Assembly (NCBI GenBank): GCA_964016885.1
Contig: OZ024743.1
Coordinates: 338,582,001-338,646,000, forward strand
Reading direction: 5' to 3'
DNA length: 64,000 nt
Source of the DNA: Eledone cirrhosa
Lineage: Eukaryota
Shown: positions 1 through 14,428 of the stretch, one piece after another
How the letters are laid out: every line of letters begins with the position of its first letter
Numbering within the stretch: position 1 is the stretch's first letter
Notes under the pieces: generated by a model
Seen by the model: the letters and a program-made list of their open reading frames with translations, nothing else
The model's database searches: none
What the model was told of the DNA's origin: nothing
Position numbers and translations under genes: made by a program

Positions 1-791
1 AACTTCCAGAGGTCCCTGGCCTGACAGTGCTACAGAAGGGCTCTGCCCGTTCGAGAAAGGTTCTACAGACACGGGCGCCCGGGTAGGGACCCCTCCAAAA
101 AGATCTGTCCCAGATGCGTGTGTGACGAGGAAACCGTTGTACACGCATTGGTACACTGCTCGGGCATTGCCGATCTGTGGGGCTATGTCGAACAACTGCT
201 GTTAAGGGTGGGACCGATCCGATTGACCACCGAGTCTATTATAACGATCAAGCCGCCTCCCCTCTTCAAAAACGAAGGAGAGGCGGTGTTTCTGTGCGTA
301 ATAGCCATGGCGAAAGAGGTTGTATGGTGGACGCGTCTGAAAGGACTGAGGTCAGACACCTTTCTCTCTGGCCAACAACTGGTCCGTTTCTTCCGATATC
401 ATTTCGGAAGAAGGTTCAGGATGGAGAGAGAGGTGCTCCACCCCAGCCGTTTTTATGAAAGATGGGTGAAAGTGGCGAGAATGGCCCGTATGAATGGGCC
501 TTCACTCTACATCAAACTATAGGTGAGGAAGATGAAAGATCAAGGGAGCACCCTCTCTCTGTGCTCCTGAGGAGAAGGGTTTCACACTTTTTTCAGGGGT
601 GTGTGCGACCCCCCAAGGCGCCTCCTCCCTATTGAGGATTTTGTTATAAAATTTATTTTTTTATATTTTATATTTTATATTTTTATACTTTGTTAATGCC
701 TCCTCCTTATTGAGGACGCCTCTTCATGTAAACTCCCCCCATTGTACTTGTCCCACTTTTTGATGCCCTGGTGGCAAATAAAAAGAAAATG
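1..791 (+). mobile_element. Tx1/L1-clade LINE, 3' fragment (ORF2 C-terminal zinc-binding region plus 3' UTR)
   Basis: CPRC..EETVVHALVHC motif, ORF ends at 522. Homologous to the C-terminus at 52944-54059. Ends GTGGCAAATAAAAAGAAA, then (TCTA)n at 792-864. Confidence 0.9.
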
Positions 792-864
<73 letters not shown>

Positions 865-865
<1 letters not shown>

Positions 866-2585
866 TAAATTGGAGCTGTTGCAGGGCATCCCCCTAGAAC
901 CGGGACTGCGCAATCACTCGTTCCATTCGACAGGGGTGCCCTCTCTCCTCCATTCTGTATATATTGACTCTAGAGCCACTACTGCGGAAATTGGAGCTGT
1001 TGCAGAGCATCCTTCTATAACCGGGACAGTAATGGTGTCGAGCACCTCGGAAATCGGGGTGATCGGCAACATACTGAAAGAATACGAAACGCTGACGGGA
1101 GCAAAACTAAACCCAGACTAGTCTGTCGGTTTGCAACTCGGTACGTGGAGAGGCAAACCGATGACATCCGACAGCGTCGTTGGACGCTGGATGGACGGAC
1201 CGGTGAAATTGCTCGGGGTCTGGTTCGGTCCAGACCTCCAGGTGGAGAAAAACTGGAACGAGGTCACGGCCAAGGTGTTTGCACTCACTCAGAAGTGGGC
1301 AGAGTGCAAACTGTCCTTGAAAGGTCGAGCGGAGGTGGCGAACACTTTCATAGCGTCCGTCATCTACTACCGCTTGACTGTCGTGCCTTGTCCCCGTGAA
1401 CACCTCGCCAAGATGGAACGCATGCTCTTCCAGTTTCTGTGGAAGAAGCAGGCTCCGCTGGTGAGGAGATCCGTCTGCTGTCAGCACCCTTCCAACGGAG
1501 GGCTGGGAATGCCGTGGCTGATGATGCGCAAACATGCGCTGAGGCTGCGGCATCTCCAGGTATTCCTCACCGACCCCCAACCGGTGTGGGCACCGTTTGT
1601 GAGACAGGCTTTCCCACAGCTCGTGTCGGTAACGGAGCTGCAGTCCTGGGTGAAGAAAAGACCGAAAACGATGGGCGCCTGGCACATTGAATGCGCTCAG
1701 GCGCTGACAGTCCTCTGGCAAGCGGGCGCAACAATCAGTGGAGACTCCACTTCGACATTCTATAGAGGGATTGTACGTTACAAGGGCGACGACGTGCTCG
1801 GAGAGACTCTGGGCGTCGAAGCCGATGAGCTCACCAGTATGTTTGGTAGGACTTTCCGCCCGGGACCTATGGACAACTTCCAGAGGTCCCTGGCCTGGCA
1901 GTGCTACCGAGGAGCTCTACCGGTTCGTGACAAGATCTACAGGCACGGACGCCCTGGCAGGGATCCTTCCAAGAGGACGTGTCCAAGATGTGCGTAAGCG
2001 ACCTGTGGAACTATGCAGAACAACTGCTGTCGCGTATGGGACAAATACAGTTGACTGCCTAGTCCATAGTAAGGATCAAACCGCCAGACTCTATCAAAAA
2101 CGAAAGAGAGGCGGTTTTCCTCTGTACGGTGGCTATGGTGAAAGAAGTTATATGGTGGACGAGGTTGAGAGGACTGAGGACAGATGCCTTTCTCTCCGGA
2201 CAACAATTGATTCCCTTCTTTAAGTATCACTTTAGAAGGAGAATCAGAGTGGAGAAAGAGGCACTGCACCCCAGTAAATTTACTGAAAGGTGGGTGAATG
2301 AAGCGAAAATGGCCCGAGTGATTGGGCCTTCTCTGTTTATAAGCCTGTAGGTTGAGGAAGAGAGCAAAAAGAAGAAAGGAGCACTTGCACAACACGCTCC
2401 TCGAGTTGAGGGTTGTTCTATCGACGGGGTATTAAACAACCCATTTGTGGCGCCTCCCCCCTATTGGGGATTTCGATTGTTGAAATTGTTTGTTTTTATA
2501 TTTTTTACACGACTGTATGTAAAATCCCCGGCATCTCTTTGTATTGTCCCCTTTCTTGTTGCGCCCTTGTGGCTAATAAAGAAAT
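865..2585 (+). mobile_element. 5'-truncated, internally deleted Tx1-like LINE (RT C-terminal half, 3' UTR)
   Basis: RQGCPLS-like motif near 926, LLGVWFG, LSLKGRAEV, GGLGMP. YADD segment deleted near 1027 and a second deletion near 1996. Ends GTGGCTAATAAAGAAA plus (TCTA)n. Confidence 0.9.
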
Positions 2586-2639
2586 CTATCTATCTATTAA
2601 AGAAACATATCTATCTATCTATCTATTTATCTATTTATC

Positions 2640-2893
2640 CTTCTCTTTATATAAGCCTGTAGGTTGAGGAAAAAGAGGAAGAGAGGAAGGGAGTACTTAC
2701 TCTTGGTGCTTCTGGAGATGAGGGTTGTACATTTTTTCGGGGTTTGTACAACCCCTGTGTAACACCTCCCCCCTATTGGGATATCAATTGTTATTTGTTA
2801 TTTTATTAATAGTTTTATTTTCATATACCTGTATGTAAAATCCCCATTTGTATTTGTCCCCTTCTGTTGTGCCCTTGTGGCTAATAAAGAAAT
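2640..2893 (+). mobile_element. Extremely 5'-truncated Tx1-like copy (last codons plus 3' UTR only)
   Basis: Diverged repeat of 2330-2585 (ataagcctgtaggttgagg ... gtggctaataaagaaa). Degenerate (TCTA/TCTG)n tail to about 3022. Confidence 0.85.
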
Positions 2894-3047
2894 TTATCTA
2901 TCTATTTATCTATCTGTCTGTCTATTTGTATGTCTGACTGTCTGCCTGTATGTCTGTCTATATATCTAACTATCTATCTATTTATCTCTCTATATATATA
3001 TCTACCTAACTCTCTGTCTGTCTAGATAGATAGATAGATAGATAGAT

Positions 3048-4720
3048 ATGTTTCTTTATTAGCCACAGGGGCACAAAAGAAGGGGACAAATACAAAGGGG
3101 GAAGTTTACATACAATAAAAACGTGTAAAATATTATCACAAATGTAATTTAAAAATTAGTCGATTTTCCCCAATAGGGGGAGACATTTCATATGGGTAAC
3201 ACATACCCCCGAAGAAAAAATGTGCAACCCTCATCTCCAGGAGTACGAAGAGTTTGTACTCCTTTCCTCTCCTTCTCTTTTTCCTCAACCTACAGGCTGA
3301 TATAGAGAGAAGGCCCATTCACTCGGGCCATTCTTGCCACTTTCACCCACCTTTCATAAAACTTGCTGGGGTACAGCACCTTTCTCTCCATCCTGATTCT
3401 TCTTCCAAAGTGGTATTTGAAAAAAAGAAACAGTTGTTGGCCGGAGAAAAAGGTGTCTTTCAACCTTGTCCACCATTCAACCTCTTTCGCCATAGCTATC
3501 ACACAAAGGAAAACCGCCTCTCCTTCGTTTTTGAAGGAGAGTGGCGGCTTGATCATGACAATGGACTCGGTGGTCAACTGGATTGGTCCCACCCGCGACA
3601 ATAGTCGTTCCACATAGCCCCACAGGTCGGTGACGCCCGGGCAGTGTATGAATGCGTGCGCGACTGTTTCTTCGTCTCGCACGCACCTCGGACAGATCTT
3701 TTTTGCAGGGTCCCTGCCCAGGCGCCCATGTCTGTAGAGCTTGTCTCGAACTGGTAGAGCTCCTCGGTAGCACTGCCAGGCCAGGGACTTTTGGAAGTTG
3801 TCCATCAGTCCCGGGCGGAAGGTCCTACCGAACAGACTGGCCAGTTCGTCTTCCTCTACGCCCAGAGTTTCACCGAGCACGTCGTCGCACTTGCTGCGGA
3901 TCAACCCTCTATAGAATGACGAAGTGGAGTCTCCACTGATCGCCGGGTCCGCCTGCCAGAGGGCTGTGAGCACCTGTGCAAATTCGATGTGCCAGTCGCC
4001 CATTTTCCTCGGTCTTTGCTTGACCCAGGACTGCAGCTCGGTCAGCGAGTCGAGTCGTGGGAAGGCTCGCCTCACGAACGGGGCCCACACCGGTTGTCTG
4101 GTGAGGAATACGTAGAGATGCCGCAGCCTGAGCGCGTGTTTGCGCATCGTCAGCCACGGCTTCCCCAGCCCTCCGTTGGAAGGGCGTTGGCAGCAGATGG
4201 ATCTTCTCACCAAAGGAGCCCGCCCCTTCCAAAGGAATTGGAAAAGCGCGCGCTCCATTTTGGCGAGCGTTTTGGCTGGACAAGGCACGACGGTCAAGCG
4301 GTAGTAGATGGCGGACGCTATAAAAGTGTTCGCCACCTCCGCTCGACCTTTCAAGGATAGTTTGCACTCGGCCCACTTCTGGGTGAGTGCAAACACCTTG
4401 GCCGACACCTCATTCCAGTTCTTCGCCACCTGGAGGTCCGGACCAAACCAGACACCGAGCAGCTTTACTGGTCCTTACTGGTCCTTCCGACGCCATCGGA
4501 AGGCATCGGTCTGCCTCTCCACGATCCAAGTTGCAGACCTATGGACTTGTCCCGGTTCAGCTTCGTTCCTGTGAACCTTTCGTATTCCTTCAGTAAGGTG
4601 CCGACCTCCTCGATCTGCGAGGCGCTCGACACCATTACTGTCACGTCGTCGGCGTAGGCCGACGCCGCTTTCCGCAGTCCCGGTTCCAGAGGGATGCCCT
4701 GCAATAGCTCCAACTTCCGC
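3048..4720 (-). mobile_element. 5'-truncated Tx1-like LINE
   Basis: AYADDV RT motif in ORF 4465-4713 and a 379-aa C-terminal ORF 3290-4429. (GATA)n on both flanks (3023-3047, 4721-4738). Confidence 0.92.
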
Positions 4721-4766
4721 TAGATAGATAGATAGATATTGTCATGCTATCATTTATGATACAGTT

Positions 4767-5700
<934 letters not shown>

Positions 5701-5789
5701 ACACACACACACACATATTTGTCTTCAAAGACTTATTTTTCAGTGACTTCTCAATCAGGCGAAAAAGGACACTCTTCGACAAACCTACA

Positions 5790-5930
5790 TTTGGCGCAAA
5801 ATCAATTTTTAACATTCACGTGACCTCTACCGACCAATCAAAATTGTTTTGACTACAAGAATTTTTGCAACACGAATTGGCGCGAAATTTATAGTACTAA
5901 TTCACGTGACATTCAACAACCAATCAAATC
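5790..5930 (+). promoter_or_regulatory. Tandem E2F-like / E-box / CCAAT module (two copies)
   Basis: TTTGGCGCAAA 5790, CACGTG 5817, CCAAT 5834; then TTGGCGCGAAA 5877, CACGTG 5903, CCAAT 5920. Related module on the minus strand near 19700-19875. Confidence 0.5.
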
Positions 5931-6028
5931 TTAATACCTCTGGAGCCACTTTGTTCACATAAAACAGGAAGAATTTTCAAAACTGATCAGATTAGAGCAA
6001 ACATCACGAGCGCTCTATCTCAAAATTA

Positions 6029-6064
6029 TTTTTGAAAAGCATTAGAAATGCGCAACCGGTAAAA
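6029..6064 (+). ncRNA. Degenerate hammerhead-like motif (TTGAAAA family; identical copy at 36546-36581)
   Basis: ttt-TTGAAAA-GCAT tagaa ATGC-GCAA-CCGG-TA-aaa. Stems are present but the core is non-canonical. Confidence 0.4.
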
Positions 6065-6174
6065 ACTTAAAACTAAAACTGAATACTAACCAATACTTAT
6101 TACTAATTTATACTTATTCCTAATTAAACTATTTTTCACTGGGAAAAATTTGTCAGCATTTTCCTTTCCTTTTA

Positions 6175-6239
<65 letters not shown>

Positions 6240-6244
6240 TCGTT

Positions 6245-6338
<94 letters not shown>

Positions 6339-6799
6339 TACTTATTTCAGCATTCTACTCTACTGTCGTACCTCTCTTATTCGTATCGCGTAAGTAATTG
6401 TGTTATTTTTTCCAGTTTGGTTTCAGAATTATTATATTTCCATGCTAGCATTTCTAATTTAACTGATATTATATTTAAGATGTCTCAAGATTTTTGTAAA
6501 TATGATGTATATATTTTTCATCATTATAAAACCGCAATATTTAGAGTATGAGTTGTATTTGTTGCATGAGTTGTACTTGTACATTATAAACTAGGTCATA
6601 TTCAAATTATTAATGTTATCTTTCAAACTCCACATATAGCTTGATAAGGCCGTTCTATGTCTTTCGTTTGCATACCAAAATATAAACTTGTGATTTAAAT
6701 AACAGGTTTTGAAGCTACTCTCACACATTCGAATAAAAGATTTATAGGATTTTTTTTTATCACTGTAGCTTGGTAGATTTGCAATTTATCTTTGCAAAA

Positions 6800-7370
6800 A
6801 TTATTCAGCGTTTATTACACCTTATTTTAGCAGCTACAATTTTTTCCCGACTAGCATTCTGCTGATTTTTCGCATAGTAGTTGAACAATTTATTGAAGGA
6901 CTTGTAGTGTCTATTACCAACGATGATGTTCCTCAAAGTGGTCATATAGCTACTACAAACCTTTAGGTTTTGTCGATTGAATAACTTCGAATATTTATAA
7001 CATTTAACGAAATGCTCCACTGTCAGCTTCAGGAAGCTCTTGGCAGGGTCCGATTTAACACAATCAGTTTAAACCAGATTTGATAACGACAGTGATTTTT
7101 AATTCTATTAGCTGAGGTTTGTTCAAGTTTGGAGTGTAAACGTAATCCATTCAGTAAATTCACTATTTTCCAGCGTTTTGTTGTAGCAGCCTGCAGCTTT
7201 CTTAAATATCTTTTGTCTGAGATATTGAAGATCCTCTTAGCAATGTTACTGACAAGGTTCTTAAAACTAGTGGGTGGAAGGTTGGAGTTTCTGTAAATAT
7301 GTTTTCCATTTTGCTTTCTGTATAGAATATATTTACCTGTATTAAGATTTAAGGTTACATCAAGGAAGTC
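6800..7370 (-). mobile_element. Degenerate Penelope-like (Naiad-like) RT/thumb fragment
   Basis: DFLDVTLNLNTGKY..YRK and SNLPP..KNL..NIAKRI motifs, IWF motif. Paralogous to 14429-15037. Confidence 0.7.
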
Positions 7371-7592
7371 ACTCTGTCTCTCCATCTCCTTCTCTCTCTC
7401 CTCCTCTCTCTCCTCACCCCACCCACTCACTCTCTGGTTCTTATTTTACCTCAATGTCTCTTTCTGCCCCTCTCTCTTTTTCTTGATTTATTACTTGATT
7501 GATATTTATTGTATAGGCGACAAATTGGCAGATTCGTTAGAACATCGGATAGAATGCTTTTTGCGATATTCTCTCCTTCTCACACACACATA

Positions 7593-7631
<39 letters not shown>

Positions 7632-7823
7632 GCACACAGACACACACACATACCCCCTCTCGCTCCCTCTCTCTCCCTCTCTTCCTCTCTCTCACACACA
7701 CACACACCCTCTCTCTGGAAGAAATCAACTATAATTTTGGTAATCTCAATAATATTAATCAAGTACTGATCAAATCTCGCCTTATTCAATGTTTTGTACT
7801 TTTCTATCATTGGAAATGGCTGA

Positions 7824-8891
7824 ACCGCCATTCCTGTTATAACCGCCATTGCTGTTATAACCACCATTCCTGTTATAACCACCATTCCTGTTATAACCAC
7901 CATTCCTGTTATAACCACCATTCCTGTTATAACCGCCATTCCTGTTATAACCGCCATTCCTGTTATAACCGCCATTCCTGTTATAACCACCATTCCTGTT
8001 ATAACCGCCATTCCTGTTATAACCGCCATTCCTGTTATAACCGCCGTTCCTGTTATAACCGCCATTCCTGTTATAACCGCCATTGCTGTTATAACCGCCA
8101 TTCCTGTTATAACCACCATTCCTGTTATAACCACCATTCCTGTTATAACCACCATTCCTGTTATAACCGCCATTGCTGTTATAACCGCCATTCCTGTTAT
8201 AACCGCCATTCCTGTTATAACCACCATTCCTGTTATAACCGCCATTCCTGTTATAACCGCCATTGCTGTTATAACCGCCATTCCTGTTATAACCGCCATT
8301 CCTGTTATAACCACCATTCCTGTTATAACCGCCATTCCTGTTATAACCGCCATTCCTGTTATAACCACCATTCCTGTTATAACCACCATTCCTGTTATAA
8401 CCGCCATTCCTGTTATAACCGCCATTGATGTTATAACCGCCATTCCTGTTATAACCGCCATTCCTGTTATAACCGCCATTCCTGTTATAACCGCCATTGC
8501 TGTTATAACCGCCATTGCTGTTATAACCGCCATTCCTGTTATAACCGCCATTCCTGTTATAACCGCCATTCCTGTTATAACCGCCATTCCTGTTATAACC
8601 GCCATTCCTGTTATAACCGCCATTCCTGTTATAACCGCCATTCCTGTTATAACCACCATTCCTGTTATAACCGCCGTTCCTGTTATAACCGCCATTCCTG
8701 TTATAACCACCATTCCTGTTATAACCACCATTCCTGTTATAACCACCATTCCTGTTATAACCACCATTCCTGTTATAACCACCATTCCTGTTATAACCGC
8801 CATTCCTGTTATAACCGCCATTCCAGTTATAACCGCCATTCCTGTTATAACCGCCATTCCTGTTATAACCGCCATTCCTGTTATAACCACC
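7824..8891. repeat. 18-bp minisatellite, about 59 units (CCATTCCTGTTATAACCR)
   Basis: Direct reading; few variant units. Produces the GGYNRN and MAVITG repeat ORFs. Confidence 0.97.
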
Positions 8892-8999
8892 AATATCCAA
8901 AATATGGAATTTAGAATGTATGTTTATCAACGATAAGTAATCCTTGTATATCACTAATGTATTAGTGTTTATATATATATATAAACACTAATACATCTT

Positions 9000-10680
9000 C
9001 ACCCTACAGACCCACACTCCCCCTGGCCTGAACTCCTCACCCTTATTCCTTTAGCCCTCGACCGCCCCCCTCCCCCCACACATGCCCCCCACTAACACCA
9101 CTAACACACCCCTCCTTTTCACCGCCCACCCCACAACTAACAATACTAACACCTCCACCCCACACCCGACCACCCTTCCCCAACTAACATACTAACATCC
9201 CTCCCTTCTTCTCCCCCCTCTCCTTATCACACGCACACACCCACCGGTACATATATACACGCGCTCACACTAAACACACCCTACTACCACCACTAACCCT
9301 CACCTCCACACATCCACCCCACAACCCCGCAACTAACATCACTAACACCTCCGACCCCAAGCACACGAACACACACACTCACTTACACCACCCACTCTAC
9401 ATGCAACTAACATCACTAACACCCCCGAACTCTACGCACACGAACACACACACCCTCTTACACCACCCACTCTACACACCCTACCACCACTGACCCCCTC
9501 TCACACCCGCATTCAACCCTTTCCCCCCCACCAGTATACTAACACCCACTAACACCCCCTTCACCACACACACACTCATCCAAACACGCACACACACACC
9601 AGTACACTACACTCCCTCCACCGGCCCCCACACCCTTCTCTCCCCGCTCCACCCACACCCTTTCTCACACACACACACATCCCACTAACACCTCTACTAA
9701 TACACACAACCCCTCCTCACTCCAACTTTCACACCTACCATCCTCTCCCCTGTCCACCGCACCTCCGCACACACTGACACACCGACTTTCTTCACTTACC
9801 ATTCTACCCGACTGCTGCTATGCCCTTATCTCTGACCACCTCCCCGCACACACAGACACACAACCCTCCTCCTGTCTTGACCCTCTGACCACTTCCTGTT
9901 ACGCGCGCACGCCATATCTCCCCGCTTCCGACCAATCTCTTCACGGATTACACATATGTGAACATCGATCCCTAGAATCCACCACATCCCAAGGATATTA
10001 CCCAGCATTCCACCACATCCTCTACGGAACTACCTTAAGGACTCACCCACTGACATACACTCAAAAAAGAATTTTTCCCACACGCCACCTACATCCAGAA
10101 CACGCATAAACACCACATACACACGTGCGTACCACCACATATTTACACACTCAGCCTCCGGAATCCTCTCCCCCCACCCCTCTGACCACTCCCCATCCAC
10201 ACACGCACACACACTCCGACCTACACCCCACCCAACACACACCTCTTCCTGAACATGCAACCCCGTTCTTCCCCCAACTCTTACTTTCACATACACACAC
10301 ACACACGTACACCTACACACACACACCACCTTCAGCCCCCCCCCTCTCGGCCACCCCACCTCCCTCTCCCCACTCCACTCACCACCACCCCTACACGCCC
10401 CACACTCCTTCCACCACCTGTTTTACTCCATGTTTATTTTATTTTTATCATGCTTTTATATTTAATTTCATTTGTACCGTTTCCTCTCACCCTATTTTTT
10501 CTAAATGTCTCTCCACCACTCCCTTACACACCCTTGGAACTCTCTTCCCACACACTTTTCCCCCTGAAGAAGGGATTATGCCCGAAACGTCGTTCCCCAC
10601 CACCACCCCACTCTCAAGAGCGTGAAACTAATAAACCTTTGTTCGTACTGCCTCTCTGTTTTGTTCCCGTTCAATTTTTT
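9000..10680 (+). mobile_element. C/A-rich low-complexity region ending in an HHR and AATAAA; probable PLE 3' UTR/pLTR remnant
   Basis: HHR at 10557 and AATAAA near 10630, followed by (TA)n. The terminal ~75 bp is repeated at about 20431-20505. Confidence 0.5.
10557..10595 (+). ncRNA. Minimal type I hammerhead ribozyme
   Basis: CTGAAGA-A-GGG attatg CCC-GAAA-C-GTC. Stem I pairs poorly. Same family as 18104-18138. Confidence 0.55.
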
Positions 10681-10809
10681 ACTATATATATATATATATA
10701 TAGCGAGGGAAAAGTGGTAAGGAACCAGGTGGACCATAACGCACCAAAGTACTCAATACTTATGGTAGTAGAGTGGGTAATAGGAGTAAGTAAGACCCCG
10801 ACGGCTGAG

Positions 10810-10849
<40 letters not shown>

Positions 10850-10893
10850 CAAGAAAGAAGATTGACATGGTTCGCTATACAATAAGGGCTTTA

Positions 10894-11016
10894 TTCACAT
10901 TGCTGACAATTGTTTCTTTGATCTGGTAGGTCTAGAGTTCGCTACCCGCCTGATTTTGCGTCAATCGATCTCCAATACTTTGTTTATAACCAGTCTTTTT
11001 CATCGGAGCAGGTGAA
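10894..11016 (-). ncRNA. Type I hammerhead variant with long stem II
   Basis: Minus strand: ttcac.tgct-CCGATGA...GAAA-CAATTG-TC-agca..gtgaa. Palindromic stem III; core has U4C. Confidence 0.55.
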
Positions 11017-11208
11017 ATGAAGAAAATACATAAGGCATGGTTTTTATATAGGTGTGGTATTAAACCAGAACAATAATATCAATGATAAAATAAAATAACT
11101 AGATAGCAGACAATTAAAATAATAACATCAATATAAGTAAGAGATAGAGTATAATGGAGAATCTAGCATGTTAAACAGACTGATATGATACAGATGTATG
11201 AAATTGAC

Positions 11209-11675
11209 ATGTGAAAACTGTTATAGGGTACATTAGATATAGTGATAGAGTAGCGAACGACTAGATAACAGTAACCACTAAGATGTACTTGGAGACAGAA
11301 TTTATGAGGTATCCACTGTGCTGTAGGTATTCTAGCAATAAACCGGAGATTTACTTTTTTATTTTTTTTATTATTTGACGATTCGAACTAACAATCCCTA
11401 CCTTTAGTATAGGCCAATTAAATAACGAATCTACAACTCTATTTAGCACCACATAAAAATTATCATCATCACTAAATTAATCAAACGAAAATGTTTATCT
11501 GTCAAATAATAAAAAAATAGAAAGTAAATCTCCGGTTTATTGCTCGAATACCTACAGTACAGTGGATACCTCATAGATTCTGTCTCCAAGTACATCTTAG
11601 TGGTTACTGTTATCTAGTCGCTACCCTATCACTATATCTCTATATCTAATGTACCTTATAGCAGTTTTCACATTT
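11209..11675. repeat. Fold-back inverted repeat (arms about 11209-11365 and 11520-11675)
   Basis: gtaaccactaagatgtacttggagacagaat vs attctgtctccaagtacatcttagtggttac, and further matching arms. Confidence 0.9.
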
Positions 11676-11687
11676 CAATTCCATACA

Positions 11688-12122
<435 letters not shown>

Positions 12123-12164
12123 CCTGCAACAGCTAACTATATCTTATCTCTCTTGGAACAGAAA

Positions 12165-12263
12165 CCCTCTTTGATGATCAAGCAGGTTCTGGCAAAAATA
12201 ACTATCTTAATTGATTGAGACGGCAAAGCTTGTTAAAACAGCTTGTGAAACTGTAGTAAGGAG
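12165..12263 (+). ncRNA. Type I hammerhead variant
   Basis: TTGATGA-T-CAAGC...GCTTG-T-GAAA-CTGTAG-TA-agg. Core has C3U. Confidence 0.5.
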
Positions 12264-12399
12264 TAAAATTTGTTAAGCCCTCTAGATTTAGGTTGCTTCA
12301 AAAGACATTTACCCCTGGGGTGAGAAGCTTAAAAGGTTTCTTTATCTTAAAGTACTTTACTACGATCTTCCCTTTGGTCAATTTTGAGCCTTATTTGAT

Positions 12400-12460
<61 letters not shown>

Positions 12461-13025
12461 GCACTCCGTTTTTCTTATATTTATATTTTTTCCTCAGCTG
12501 CGATTGTCTGTTTCTTTCTTACTGCTTGCCCTCTCTCTGTATCTCTCACCTTCTTTTTACCCCGTCTGCCAGTCACACTCTCTCTCGGCTGGCCTCTTTC
12601 TCACACTTCCACTCACTCACTCTCTGCTTCTCCCTCTCTCTCACTTCCTCCCGTTTGACCTGTGTGAAATCCTTTTCTCGCTCACATCTCACCCATGTCG
12701 GATGGTCTGTATCTCTCGTCCATGAATTCACCAAGCTTAAGCTTATAGATATCATGTACTTGTCTCTTCCTATCTTTCCGTTGCAATACCATCTTTGTTT
12801 GTTTACATTTCTCGCTCGCTTCACGCTATTTTACTTGTCCTAATAACTTTATTTAGTTATTGCTCGCACCAACCAGAGGTATATGGTTTTTAAAGCGATG
12901 AAATACCAATGAAGGTTGGAAGATCACTGATGAAGGACTAATTTTATTCATATGTAACCCATGTGCAACCACGCAGCACTCCATTTTTCTTATATATATA
13001 TATATATACAAATAAATATATATAT

Positions 13026-13097
<72 letters not shown>

Positions 13098-13352
13098 ATG
13101 TATGTATGTATGTATGTATGTATGTATGTATGTATGTATGTATGTATGTATGTATGTATATCTGTTGATCACTGGCTGCTTGGCTCTGTCCTCTGAGGCA
13201 TTTTTTGCCCATCACTGCTGTGACAGCATTTAGCTGCTTTAATGGCCGTTCTAGCGATGTGTTTTCTCATCGCTATATCAAGCGATAAACTAATATATTT
13301 CTTCATTGCAGTGTATTGTTTGCATATATACACACATACATAGACGCACACA

Positions 13353-13494
<142 letters not shown>

Positions 13495-13646
13495 GTGTAC
13501 ATGTATGTATATGTATATATATGCATATATGGATGAAAGCAATTCACGTAATATAATTTGAAAATGCTCAACACGTTAGCCAGCCATTTATAAACACCCT
13601 TCTGTTTTCTTCTCCTACCACCATCCTCCCACCATCCTCCTGTCTT

Positions 13647-13718
<72 letters not shown>

Positions 13719-14428
13719 GTTGTATTTGTCTTGAGGTCGGCTGATCATTTTATTTCCCATCAATTCACACCACCATCATCACCTCCACCACATCTACCAC
13801 CATCACCACACCATCACCACTATCAACACCATCACCACTTTCACCACCAACCCCACAAATCCATCAACCACCACCACCATCACCTCTATCAACACCATCA
13901 TCACCACCAGCACCATCACTTCCACCACATCTACCCAATCCACCCCCATGCCACCATAACCACCACCACCATCACCATCACTTCCACTACATCTACCACC
14001 ACCACCTCATCACACCATCACCATCACCTCCACCACATCTACCACCACCACACCACCACCACAATCACCACCACCACAACCACCACACCACCACCAAAAC
14101 CAAATCACACCATCACCATCACCTCCACCACATCTACCACCACACACCACCACACCACCACACCACCACCACCAACAATACAACCACCACCATATTGATT
14201 TATAGGAACGATCCAAATTGTTACCAATTCACTACGACACGGAATGCAGCAGACAGACAGTCAGTAAGCTGTGGCTGTTTGCCAACATGTAGAAAATATG
14301 ATTATTCGAGATCATTTGCCTTAGCTTTCCAAATCCTTTGCCGATATTCAAAATGTGAATAAATAATCAAATTAAGTATTTGTTTTGGAAGACTCTTGAT
14401 GTGAAATCGTGTGTTGAAAGAGATATTG

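Noticed and set aside
7824-8891. CRISPR-like array
   Set aside because: Contiguous tandem units with no unique spacers, no cas genes, eukaryotic context.
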